Shown here piece after piece: positions 39,268 through 50,600 of a stretch of DNA of 64,000 nt; the stretch's first letter is position 1; every line of letters begins with the position of its first letter. The DNA comes from Psilocybe cubensis (taxonomy: Eukaryota): NCBI GenBank assembly GCA_017499595.2, contig CM039006.1:1674001-1738000 (forward strand), given 5' to 3'. Both the position numbers and the translations under genes were made by a program. The notes beneath the pieces are model-generated. The model did not search any database. It had not been told where the DNA came from and saw only the letters and a list, made by a program, of their open reading frames with translations.

Positions 39268-41008
39268 TCATCCCAGTCGGTGTTGCAATGCTATTAGTAC
39301 ATCGTCGAATCTGGTGTGAATTGATGATATGTATTCGGCTGTGTTATGGTCGGTCATGTTTCCTGCAGGAATATCAAGCTTGAGAAATTGGTATCAGCGC
39401 ATAGCGCATCAGGAAGGTACCTGTCAATAGTCGGATCATAAGACGAATGAGAGCTCAGAGACTCACAGTAAAAGAGGGACCGTATAAAGGGAATCCCGTG
39501 TGATCTGGGATTTGGGCTTCCAAATCCAGTGGGTTTCCGATCTAGGGCATAATTTGTACGTACGCATGAGTAGATGTCGGAAAAAGTCGGTGACTGGTGG
39601 TAGCTTACAGCTATGGAAGTGAGATAGGCCCATGCCCTGGCGGCATTAGGGGAGTTGTATCCACCTTGAATCAAGTCAAAACAAATTTGGAAGTTAAAAT
39701 ATAGGGAATTCAGCTGCCAACACCCACCTCCTCCAAGCAACAATTTCTTCCCCGCCCATTGTGTCAGTATCTTCTTAATACACCATCCCATAGAACCTTC
39801 GGATCTGCCAAGGGACCAGTTAAATGTCGAGCATGGATCTCCTGCTAACCCGTCGACACCGCATTGTACAACGATGTAGTCAGGGCGAAATGTATCCTTT
39901 ACGCGTTCCACAAGAGGCCATATTTTGGCATAGGTCGCGTCCGACGCTCCTTGACGTAGTGGTATGGAAAGCGTAAAAGGGTCAAAATCAGGACTGAGGA
40001 CGTCGGGAAGCTTGCTACGCTCTGAGATAGGGAAGAATCCGGGAGAGGTGTGGTGTATACTGAGCGTCTGGACAAGCCAAGTCAACTTTTCGTAGTTGAC
40101 TTTGGAGCAGCTTAGGATAATACCAGTATTTGGGGTGTCAATGAGGATACAGTCGACGAATAGAAGGCTTCCGAGACAGCATCTGAAAAATGCAAGTCAA
40201 GATCCAAGTACATCACCCGCGTTCGTTTGAGATGAGTTATGTTGGATTGCTGAATATCAGAAGACTGGCACGGAGATTGATTTGTCACTGGAGTCGCCTG
40301 CATGCGTTTAAACGCCATTATGGCAAGTATACAGTCTGCTACATAACAGAAGCCAGATGCGTGAGACTTTCGTGCGTGGTGTCTGAATGATAAATGATCG
40401 TTGTTGATACATGATGGGCTCTAAGATTGGAGCCACGCCTACCGTCCTCCGTCCCAGCATAGGGCAATATCTGCGAAGTCTTCTTGTAAAGCTGACACCG
40501 CAGTGAGTGTCGCGCCAGCAACAAGGCGAATGTAATCAGCCAATCCGGGGAACATAGGACAATCCTAGACAGCAAAAGGTGTAAGAATGCCATCGTTCTG
40601 CGATATTAGATCCAAGTTTGAGTAAATGTCATTCACGTCTGAGAGCCCAAATTCCGTGTCGATAGATAGACTACGCGATTCCCAGGTGTTGTCGGAGTGC
40701 AGCTTGTTCTCGAGAACGACTTCCAGATAGTCCCGGGTGTGGTACAACGCCAAATCTTTGTAGGTCGCTTTTCGTGGCGTAACCACTTTCAGACGCTTAT
40801 GAGGGGTATGGGGGTTATTTGAGTTTAAAAGCCCCAGTGAGCTGATCAAGGAGTGCACAATCATCGACCGGTTCCTGTTCGAGGGAAGCAATGAGGATAC
40901 CTGTTCATCACATTATGAGACTGTCGCAATAAAAGGCAATATGAAACTGACCTTGGCTAGCTCCTGAGAGCCAATGTACGCAACGAATTTCGCAGGTTCT
41001 GTAGTCAT
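39268..41008 (-). CDS. Class I histone deacetylase (Hos1/HDAC8-like)
   Basis: WDGGRHHARKSHASGFCYV, YLDLDLHFSDAV, QCGVDGLAGDP, LLLGGGGY. Confidence 0.92.
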
Positions 41009-41291
41009 CGGATACAGGCTAAGATGGATGAATATAAGATGAATGTTCGGATGATCATGTCATCTTGAAAGCCGTTGGAAGAAAAAAAAAAGGTTGTGCG
41101 TCACCGTCTTTCACTGTCAGATGATTTGTCAATCGGAAATTCCCGAAGAGTTGAAAAAATTGGTATTGGCCAGCATTTGTGGAATACTTGTCAAGGATAG
41201 TTGTTCAGCAGTGTAAAACGACTCAAAGCAAGGTATTTCTACTCAAAACCGGTCAGAGATACTAATAATTTAAATAAAATATAGCAAAAAA

Positions 41292-41379
41292 TGGACGCAT
41301 TGGGAATTGAACCCAACACCTCTCGCATGCAATAGGATAAATGCTAAGCGAGCGTGATAACCAACTACACCATGTGCCC
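41292..41379 (-). tRNA. tRNA-Ala(AGC) with 14-nt intron (41328-41341)
   Basis: GGGCACATGGTGTAGTTGG...CTCGC-TTAGCA[intron]T-GCGAG...GGTTCAATTCC...TCCA. G3:U70 Ala determinant; T6 Pol III terminator follows. Confidence 0.93.
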
Positions 41380-41475
41380 GTTAATGAAGTGACAAAATTA
41401 TGTAATGAGATATTGCCCACAAGTTGTGGCGCAGGACAAAGTCTTCAGAGTTCTTCATCTTCAGCTTCCACCTAG

Positions 41476-41807
41476 CACTGCGGGCGCCGACTGCTGTAAG
41501 CTGAACATACAGCAGTAAACTTACATGTCTTATGTAAGTTTAGGTGTATGTTCAACTTACATGTGTCAGGAAAATAAAGATTTGACAAAGACATATTGTG
41601 TTTAGTGGCTAGATGCCAACCAAACACAATTACTGTAAGTAACCTGTAAGTAGAATAAGCACCTAAATTATGCATATTGTCTTTGTCCGGTGTTAGTAAA
41701 ACATACACATTTTCTGTAAGTCATACAAACAGCACTTTCTGTAAGTAAAAATTACACACAAAGAACACAATTTGTGTATGTTATACTTACACAAGTTTTT
41801 CAATTCA
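41476..41807. mobile_element. Solo arm of the CACTG foldback MITE
   Basis: Begins CACTGCGGGCGCCGACTGCTGTAAG and follows the reverse complement of ~32849-33185 into the spacer; the second arm is absent. Confidence 0.88.
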
Positions 41808-42031
41808 GGTGGTACTCTCTTGCACCCGTGCGTCTTAGCACTTTTTGTTTGCTTGTTGCACGATAATAAACAGATTCAAAAAAGAAAAAAAAAGTCATAG
41901 ACTTACACTCTTTTCGTTCTTCTCATGGCTGTCAGTGTCACATGGCCCCTGACAAGGTAAACAACAGTGATAAACCATCTACATCTGCGTCAAGCCTCAG
42001 GGAGCATCTTTCACATAATCACAGAAAGATC

Positions 42032-42999
42032 ATGACAATCCTCATAACAGGTGGAACAGGAAAAACCGGTCTCGCTTTGGCAGGACTCCTCCATGACTCG
42101 GGCTATTCTTTCCTCATCACTTCTCGCAAGGGCACAGCGCCAGCGCCCTACAAGGCAATAAAATTTGACTGGTTTAAGCCGGAAACCTTCGAAGCACCCT
42201 TCCAATCCGATTCCAATATCGATAAAGTGTTCCTTATCGACCCACCAGCATTCGACATCTTTCCACGCGTAAAACCCTTCATTGATATCGCTTTATCGAG
42301 AGGGGTCAAAAGGTTTGTTGGGCTTACGACAACACAAACCAACCCCAAAGATGTACCACTTGGAAAGGTGCATCAGTACCTACTAGATCTTGGAGTTGAC
42401 TATGCTATTCTTAGGCCAACGTGGTTCATTGGTAAGCGGGAATTATGGTATTGCAGAGGACCCAATGGGCAGTTGGCTGATACAAGGTCTGTCCAGAGAA
42501 CTTTGGAACGGATCTACAGCCAAGTATCAGAGACGACGACGAGATAGCATCATCAGGAGAAGACGGAAAAGTACCCTTTGTCTCGGTCAAAGATATTGCT
42601 GCTGCTGCTTTTATAGCACTAACAGCTGAGGAAAGCCTCAATAAGGATATTTTTGTTATTGGACCAAATCTTTATTCATATGACGAGGCATGTATAAGCC
42701 TTCTTGATGATACCCTGGGTCGACTGACGTGGAGAAATTCTTTGTGTTAGGTTGCCTCAATGATTTCTTCCGCCGTTGGCCGTAAAATCACTCACAAAAG
42801 GCGAACGGTTGAGGAGCAGACAGAGATGTTCCAACAGTTTCTCAGTCCAGAGTACGCCGCCCATCTCGCTCGCGTGGAACACTTGATTGCAGACGGAGGA
42901 GAAGAGAAATTCTTCTACGAGAGTGAAGATCGGAAGTATGTGGGGAAGCATACTTTAGCGGAATACATTGAGAGTAATCGTGCGCTATGGATGAAGTGA
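42032..42999 (+). CDS. NmrA-like/EasG-like protein, copy 3
   Basis: MTILITGGTGKTG, LRPTWFI|ENF, GKVPFVSVKDIA, GPNLYSYDE; second intron has a GC donor at 42688. Confidence 0.88.
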
Positions 43000-43637
43000 C
43001 AGGTGTACACCGCCTACAAGTCAATGACCTTGACTGTTCCAGCATTTTGTTTCCAGCTTTGTAAATCGAATCGCAACTTTTTAAGAACTTTTGGATGGAA
43101 TTCTGTGAATACTAATGGCTTCAACCCCCCCATAGTCCATTCAAAGTCCTGTTTAATGGGATGTTCTACTCACCATTTCTCCTGCATCCGTTCATGAGCT
43201 CGAAAATACATGGAAAGCTTGGTAGACAGCGTCGCGACATCTCTGGCGTCGTTAATCAATGTTTGAATGGAGGAAGAGGTATTTATGTGAACAGTACGTC
43301 GGACTTAGGACCCGTGTGTGTGATAAATGTCTGCTTTCAAAGCATTGTCTCCCACGAAGTCGGATATAAAATACCCTTCGTCGATGAATAAGCATTTGAG
43401 AAGCTATGGTTATGGTATCTGTTCAAAGCACGCAAGAAAGACAGTAAATGAAACTATCGAATCCCGCTGCGATCAATTAGGATAGCTCCAAAGCATTACA
43501 AAAGGACAACGACTGACTAATGTTCTGAATAATATATAATTCGCCAGTGATTTTCAAGGTATAAAAAGCATTCATCATAAACGCCATCTACCAACATACA
43601 TCATCCATAAGCATCCAAGTTCGAGTCAAGTTTACAA

Positions 43638-44595
43638 ATGCCGGGACTTACATCGCCAACTACTGTGACCACGACCCTATCCTACTTCAGCCCTCCCGTA
43701 GATGGAGAAAAACCCTATCAAAAGGTCATCACCGACCCTGAGACTGGCGACCGTAGCTTCAAGAGAAACTGGAGTGGTGATGAAAGGTCCAATATTGTTA
43801 TCGAGAATCTGCGCGGGAAAGAAGAGACAGTGTCGCTCGATAAAACCGGTTTCCAGTTCTTCCAGCATACTTCAAACCACACCTCATTCGTAAACGACGA
43901 AGAGATAAAGGCAGAATACTACCCCGAGAGCGTCGAGCTTATCAAAAAGTTGACAGGGGCCACTCGGGTGGAGATCTTTGATCACAGTAAGTTTTTTCAA
44001 GCTTCTTCCAGAATCAAATTCTCATTTGAATACTGCAAGCCATCCGCAAGCATCTCCCCGAGCTCCAGCAAAAGTCAGTGAACGGGCCTGTTCCCCAAGT
44101 GCACATCGACCAATCAGCTCCTGCTTCTATCGCACGCGTGCATCGACACATGCCAGTTGACGAAGTCCCCAAACTGCTCGAGCAGCGCTTCCAAATTATA
44201 AATCTCTGGCGACCCATCCATCACGCCGCTTACGACTGGCCCCTCGCCCTCTGCGACTACAGAAGCGTCGATCCAGTTGACGTTGTGCCCGTGGCTCTCA
44301 TATTCCCTGACCGTGAGGGAGAGACCTTGGGAGTCAAGTATAATCCCAATCACAAGTGGAAATACCTTCGTGGCATGACACCGGATGAAATTGTGCTGAT
44401 TAAATGGTGAGTGGCACCTCGAGCGCGGTCCCCTTGTCTTAGGAGGATTAACCGATAGTTTATAGTTTCGATTCGATCCAAGACGGGAGCGTTGCCGTGT
44501 ACACACCGCACACCGGATTCAAGGATCCCTCTACACCTGAGGAAGCAATCCCAAGAGAATCAATCGAACTGAGAGCTTTGGTCTTTTATGATTAG
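43638..44595 (+). CDS. CmcJ/AsaB (GA4-desaturase-like) family oxidase
   Basis: SLDKTGFQF, YYPESVELIKKLTGA, VHIDQS, FQIINLWRPI...DWPLALCD, TPHTGF, RESIELRALVFY. Confidence 0.85.
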
Positions 44596-44803
44596 GTTGG
44601 CCTTCCTCCACCCCATTGCCGTCGTTTGATGATGCATGTTAAATCGTTTGCTATCGAAAAACGTAGTCAGCCAGAAATTAAAACATTCGTACCTTCACGC
44701 TTTCAAGGTAAACCTTATAACAAACAACTTGGTGTCGAGGTCTGATGTCAGTATATAGATAGAGGGTTTTAGGTGATAAACAGAGCATGTAGATCGTACT
44801 TTA

Positions 44804-46626
44804 TTATATATCCATGTCAACATCGACAACATTTCCATTAGAAACCATAGACGCCCCGCCTCCTGGAGTGTTTACCGCCAATACTCCAAAAGGAGAGGAT
44901 TGCTGGCACGTCATTCCAGTAGAAAGTTGCATGGTCAGTCGTCTTCGCACCAGCCTCAAAAACAAGTTCAAAATGAGGACTTGAACGAAGTACAAAAAGG
45001 ACGACCACGCACCTCTGGAACAGATCGAGGGGTCCTTCGGGTATTTCCCTGTGACTGGCGCAAATTTGTGCATCCTGAGATACGCTTTCTCGATGAACGT
45101 TTTCTTCACCGTCAATGTCATATCCCCGAATCGGAATCCAGCTACTCAAAGGACTTGTCCCAGGTTCGTAGCTCGCTTCAGCTACGTAAAGAAGCATTCC
45201 GTCTGGTTTGATAGCAGTCTCCGTCGATGTTAGCGCTATATGCGGTTGAAAGGGAATGTGTGCATTTAAGGAGCCCGAAGGCTCAATCTCCATGCCTCCT
45301 TCACCGAGACCATTCCAATTTGATGAAGTTGGAACAGATATACTGACCTGGCGCCAACTTCTCGCTGCCGGAATGATGATGTTGTCGAGAGCGGACAGTG
45401 TGGTGGTGGCATGATAGGGTACAGGAATGAAGGTTGTTGGATAGGGGAAGAGATATTTTTGAAAACACTCAGCAGATGTTGATGAGGAGGCTTTTTGATT
45501 CAGAAGAAAGTTTATGGAAGACGGAGGCGATGACTGCGCCAATTCAGCGAGGCGCGTATCACGCCACCAAAATCTTTTACATGTATGTAAAGAACAGTGA
45601 CAACAAATATGATGAGAACTCACCGAAAGCCTGCCTCACAATCTGCTACGTCCTGGCCTTTCCACTTCACCACATCGAGAACATGCAGAATCCCGTTTTC
45701 GCGCCATTTATCATCTAAAATACAGTCTAAAACAGTGAGAGGTGGTAGATTCGAGGGGAATCGAGGGAGGAGAGTTTTTCCGAGTAACCGTGAGCGTAAA
45801 GTGGTATTTGGCACTGAGAACATTTCAGCATTGCATGGATTCAAAAGGCGTGAAAGAGTACATACCCACACCTGCAACACCTGCTGATTGTTGAGTTACT
45901 GCCAGACACCTTTTTCCAACTGGAACGGGCGCAACCGCAACCCAAGCACTCTCTAAGTCACTCGGTAATCCATCATTGAATGCGTTGGCATTGCTCTGGT
46001 CGGATGAGACCCAAGGATCGTCAGCACTCATTTCGAGAAGTTCAGCATACATGCATCGATCAGCCCATTTGCTAGCTTTTTTCGCCCGTCGCTTTTGCCT
46101 ATTAGGACCGCCTCTTGACTTTTTCTTGCCTGTGGACTTCGACGTCTCAGTTTCAATTGGCGTGTCGGTGTTGAGTGGCACTGGAACACGTGTATCGATG
46201 GTCGCTGTCGACGGGGATGCACTGATAGCATCTTCAGGTTCAACCTTGAGCATAGCTGCATAATGTGCAATTGAACCAGGATCAGGCCTGATTTCCGGTT
46301 CTTGAGTGTCCTCCTCGTCAATCTTGGCGTCTTCATCGTCCGAGGGTCCCAAATTGAGATCAGCGAAAAGATCAAGTTGGCGTGCGGAATCGATTTTGTT
46401 CGCTCTACGCTATTCATAAGTCAAAATATCACTCTCAGAACTAGACAGCGATAACGAGAAAAGAACGAACACGTCTTTGTTCCTCAAGTGCCTACTTTGC
46501 AATAGAGCATCAAAATCAAGTCCATGTCGAGATAAAAAAGCATACCTTGTTTCTCCTGATTTCTTGCGAAACAAGCTTGTCTCTAATCGTCGTGGGTGGT
46601 AGTTTGTAGGATGTCTTTCTATCCAT
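44804..46626 (-). CDS. Snurportin-1-like m3G-cap binding protein
   Basis: N-terminal SQEIRRNK|ALEEQRR, WVAVAPVPVGKRCLAV, TVLDCI, VLDVVKWKGQDVADCEAGFR|FWW, DGMLLYVAEASYEPGTSPL. Confidence 0.8.
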
Positions 46627-46796
46627 CTTGAACCTTGATGGGTGTAGGTCGAGCGACGAGGCTCGAGCGCTGTTATCGGCCGACGAACGTGTGAATTGAT
46701 GGAATCTTATCTTATCTACAACTTTTAATTTTATGACTCGTCTCGAGACTCTCATCTACTAATTCTTATTTTCTCTTTCTTCTGACAACGAGCCCA

Positions 46797-48182
46797 ATGC
46801 CTATCCTTGGTCTAAAGCCCACTAAAAAATCCGTATACCCTGCTCACTTTGACATTGAAAAGGTTATAAGACCGAACATTCTCTCATTACAACCCTATCG
46901 ATGTGCTCGCGATGATTACAGCACCGGAATTCTAGTCGACGCCAACGAAAATTCTCTAGGACACTCTATCGAAGGAGAAATTGAAGGAGCACAAGACACC
47001 CTGAGTCTCAATCTGAATCGATATCCTGATCCTTCTCACCCTTTGATCAAGTCGCGGATCGCGGCTCTTCGAGGGCTGGGTTCATCCTCACCTTCATCGA
47101 CGTCGGATGAGGACACAGGCGCGGACCACATATTCCTTGGTGTAGGCTCCGATGAAGTCATCGACCTTCTTATGCGTGTCTGTGTTGTGCCCGGAAGAAC
47201 GGAGAAAATTCTAACAACACCACCCACCTATGGGATGTACGGGGTATGCGCTCAAGTAAATGACATCGGTGTTGTACGCGTGCCACTCGAGCTTTCAGGA
47301 GATCAGGGAGAGGGGGGAGAACGAGGAAGATTTAGCGCTCAGGTTGATCAGGTACGCGTTTTTCTTGGATTTGTTCGATTGTTACCCCTCTTATGCTTGC
47401 ATACAGATCAAAAAGACCGTCGCGGCTGACCCTTCCATCAAACTCATCTTCTTGTGCTCTCCAGGCAATCCTACTGGCACATTAATTCCAATTTCTTCCA
47501 TTCGCTCCCTGCTAGAATTCTCCGATTTCAAGGGAATAGTCGTTGTGGACGAAGCTTACATCGACTTCACAGAGGATCCCCTGAAGCAAAGTGCCGTCAG
47601 CCTCGTCAAAGAGTATGCTAACGTGTGTGTGCTGCAGACTTTGAGCAAGGGTTTTGGGCTAGCTGCTATCCGGTGAGCCTTCATCGCATATTGCCCTTGA
47701 ATTTCCATTTATTTTCATACAGCCTTGGAATTGCTCTAGCACAGCCGCCTCTCATTCAAGTACTGACAAATACTAAAGCTCCATACAACATTTCCACTCC
47801 TACCGCCCATCTCGCACTTTCTGCCCTCTCACCACAATCTATTGCTAGCATGCGTGCCAAGGCACAGACCATTGTAGCCAGTCGTGCAAAAATGCTCGCT
47901 GCGCTGTCTGAACCTAGATTTACCGATCTCGGCGTTGGAAAAAGCATCGGTGGCAACGACGCAAATTTTGTTTTGATCCCTATTCTCGAAAATCGTCAAG
48001 GGGAACCTTCCAGTGAACGTGCCAACAAGATATATCGCTCACTAGCGGAGGAGAATGGTGTTGTTGTCAGGTATCGTGGAAATGAACCAGGGTGTGCTGG
48101 GTGCCTCCGCATCACAATTGGCTCGGAAGAGGAAAACAAAATTATCCTTCAAAAACTAGAGCAAGTTCTCAGGATTTTATAG
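46797..48182 (+). CDS. HIS5: Histidinol-phosphate aminotransferase
   Basis: PYRCARDDY...DANEN, LNRYPDP, GVGSDEVID, CSPGNPTG, VVVDEAYIDF, QTLSKGFGLAAIR (PLP lysine). Confidence 0.96.
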
Positions 48183-48381
48183 AAATCTACTGTGTATATA
48201 CCACAAAATTTCCATAAGGGAGTTTTACAAAGAAACAGTTTCAATTTTGAGATTAGTCAGCTGTAGTCTACCATGGCAAAAATCAAACAGAAATCGATGA
48301 AACCACCACCACTTGCCTTCCTTTACAATCTTTGCGCGGCTGTAGGATATATAGTCTTTCTCCTTTCATAGGTGGATAAGT

Positions 48382-50600
48382 TCAGTTATCTTTCTTATCT
48401 GATCCCACCTGAACTATATTTTGCATATAGCCCACAATTCCTTCTGACACCTCCTTCTCAATGGCGCTAAAGGTAAGGCGATTATCCAGTTCCTGAAATG
48501 CACCCTTCAAGCGTACATCTGTTGGATCAGACTCCAAGTCCGAGAAAATAGACATAAAAAATGCCACATTGACCAAAAGCATCGGCCAGTTTAGATGTTT
48601 CTGAAAATCTGCCATATCGTTTCTGTCCTCCGATATCGTCCACCAGTTCATCATCGAGTTGATGGAAAAAATGTAGACGTTTCCTAGGGGCATACCCCTC
48701 GATTTCATCTCCTCATGCTCTACCATCCACCTTGGCTGTCTCATGAGCGCACGAGCGAGAAGAGGTGTTGGAGCTCCAAGGTCCAGCGGAGCACAGCGGA
48801 ATGCAATCGTCATCCTGTTATCTGGATATGCCAATCCCTCTTCCACAAGAACGCCACCTCTGAAAGACACAAAAACCACCAGATTATTGTACGACTTCGG
48901 ATCGTCCACCACTTGAACGAACAGTCCGGTCAGCTGGTGAATCTGCAATCGAAAGGCTCTGTTTTTAACGTGCTCTCTGGCGATGTACCACGCGATTCGT
49001 TCCCCGTCTATAGGTGTCTGGATGCTGACGAAATGCTGATCGTATGCGCGCACGTCTATACTGTTGGGTCTTCGTAAACTTGGCTGTATTCTTTCCGAGT
49101 CCTGGACACGGATCACCCCGGTAGAAAAACAACGTCTGTCCATCTTCACACCCTCCACTGTCTTAAACTGCGCTTGTGCGTCCTTCAGAACGGACCTCAC
49201 AAACGCAGATAGGAGGCAGATCAACAGTTCTCCACTGCTCACCCACCAAGGTAGTGCTCTGAGACCCAGGTAATGGCATACATAGGACACTACCAGGAAG
49301 AATGCCATCGCCGAGGCAATTTGACTTGTCCGAAGCGTGACCTCTTTCCGCCATACAGCTTCGAATCTCTGGGGTCGATGCGTTGTGGTGGACCACAGTG
49401 GATTCCCCGACGTGTCCATCGATTCCGGCGCAAGCGTTGAGGCAATGATACCATCGACCCAATTCGCGGTGCTACATGAACTCATGGTGTTTAGTGTTAT
49501 GTGTTCGCAGGACGACTGAATCATCAGGGACCCTCCAATTACACCAAGAACTATTCCCAGGTAGCCAAGAAACGTTAATATCCATCCAGAAGAGGGGATC
49601 CAGTTTTCCTGCCATAGTGTGAGGAATTGCATTGCGAGGATTGTTGCCATCGAGGCTAAACCTTGAACCGCAGTGGCGACATTGGAAGGAGATGCCGTCG
49701 TAGAGAACTCGGAAACGGCGTCGAATGACAAAACATATGTCAGCTTCATGGCTGCGTCGTCAAAAGATATGGTACTGTGAGGAGGGGAAAAATCAATATT
49801 CAATGTTTCCGGTTTGAACGGCATATCTCTTGTGGGTTTCCTTGATGCTTTTCTATCTGGAAGGAGTCAGTTGACTCAGAAATCTGAGCGCATTAATATT
49901 GCGTACATGGTTGTCTAAGCCGGGTGCGAAACCTTTGCAGTTTTGGACACGTCGAATCTATTCCGTGAATTGATGTAAGCATGTCAACAATTTTGTCCAC
50001 AGTATCTGCAGTAGTGTTGGGGTCTACAATTTGGGTACACCAGTGAATCTGTGCGCAATCATCCGGTATTCCTTTCCTCCGTTTTCTTGCTTGGTACGAA
50101 TCGCATTCCATCACCTGTTTCACTACCTCTTGATTATGGGTGTCAAAATTTCCTTCAAGCATCGAGATCTCGATAGCGACTCCTGCCGGATTCCCATTCG
50201 TATTCCTTTTCAAGTATCCATCCACCAACTCAGCGTACACCCCTCCGCAATTAACTCTTGTCATCTCCACCGCGGCCACGGTCCTTGCTTCAAGATCATG
50301 TCCAATAAAAGCTCTTAATTTCTCAAGTCCGCACAGCCTGATCAAGCTTGTGACGATGGACAAGAGACCCAGCGGGGCCGTAGCAAGGGAGAATGCGTTC
50401 GCCAAACCTGTGACGGTACAAAGCAGCTGCTTTGTTGATTGTTCGCCCACGAGCAAGATGAGGGGACCGATGCCAGCGATTGTCTCTGACCAGGCGTCGG
50501 ATGAGGGGTCGATACCACGGCGGTGTAGAATTGGCAGAGGATGTGCTGAGGCGCTAAGGGCTCCCATGACACACGCATATATTGCCTTCACGGAAGCCAT
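48382..50600 (-). CDS. Hypothetical multi-pass membrane protein, ~722 aa, single intron (49857-49906)
   Basis: ORFs of 235 and 480 aa join in frame across a GTACGC...CTGAC...CAG intron; signal-like N-terminus and several hydrophobic segments. Confidence 0.85.
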
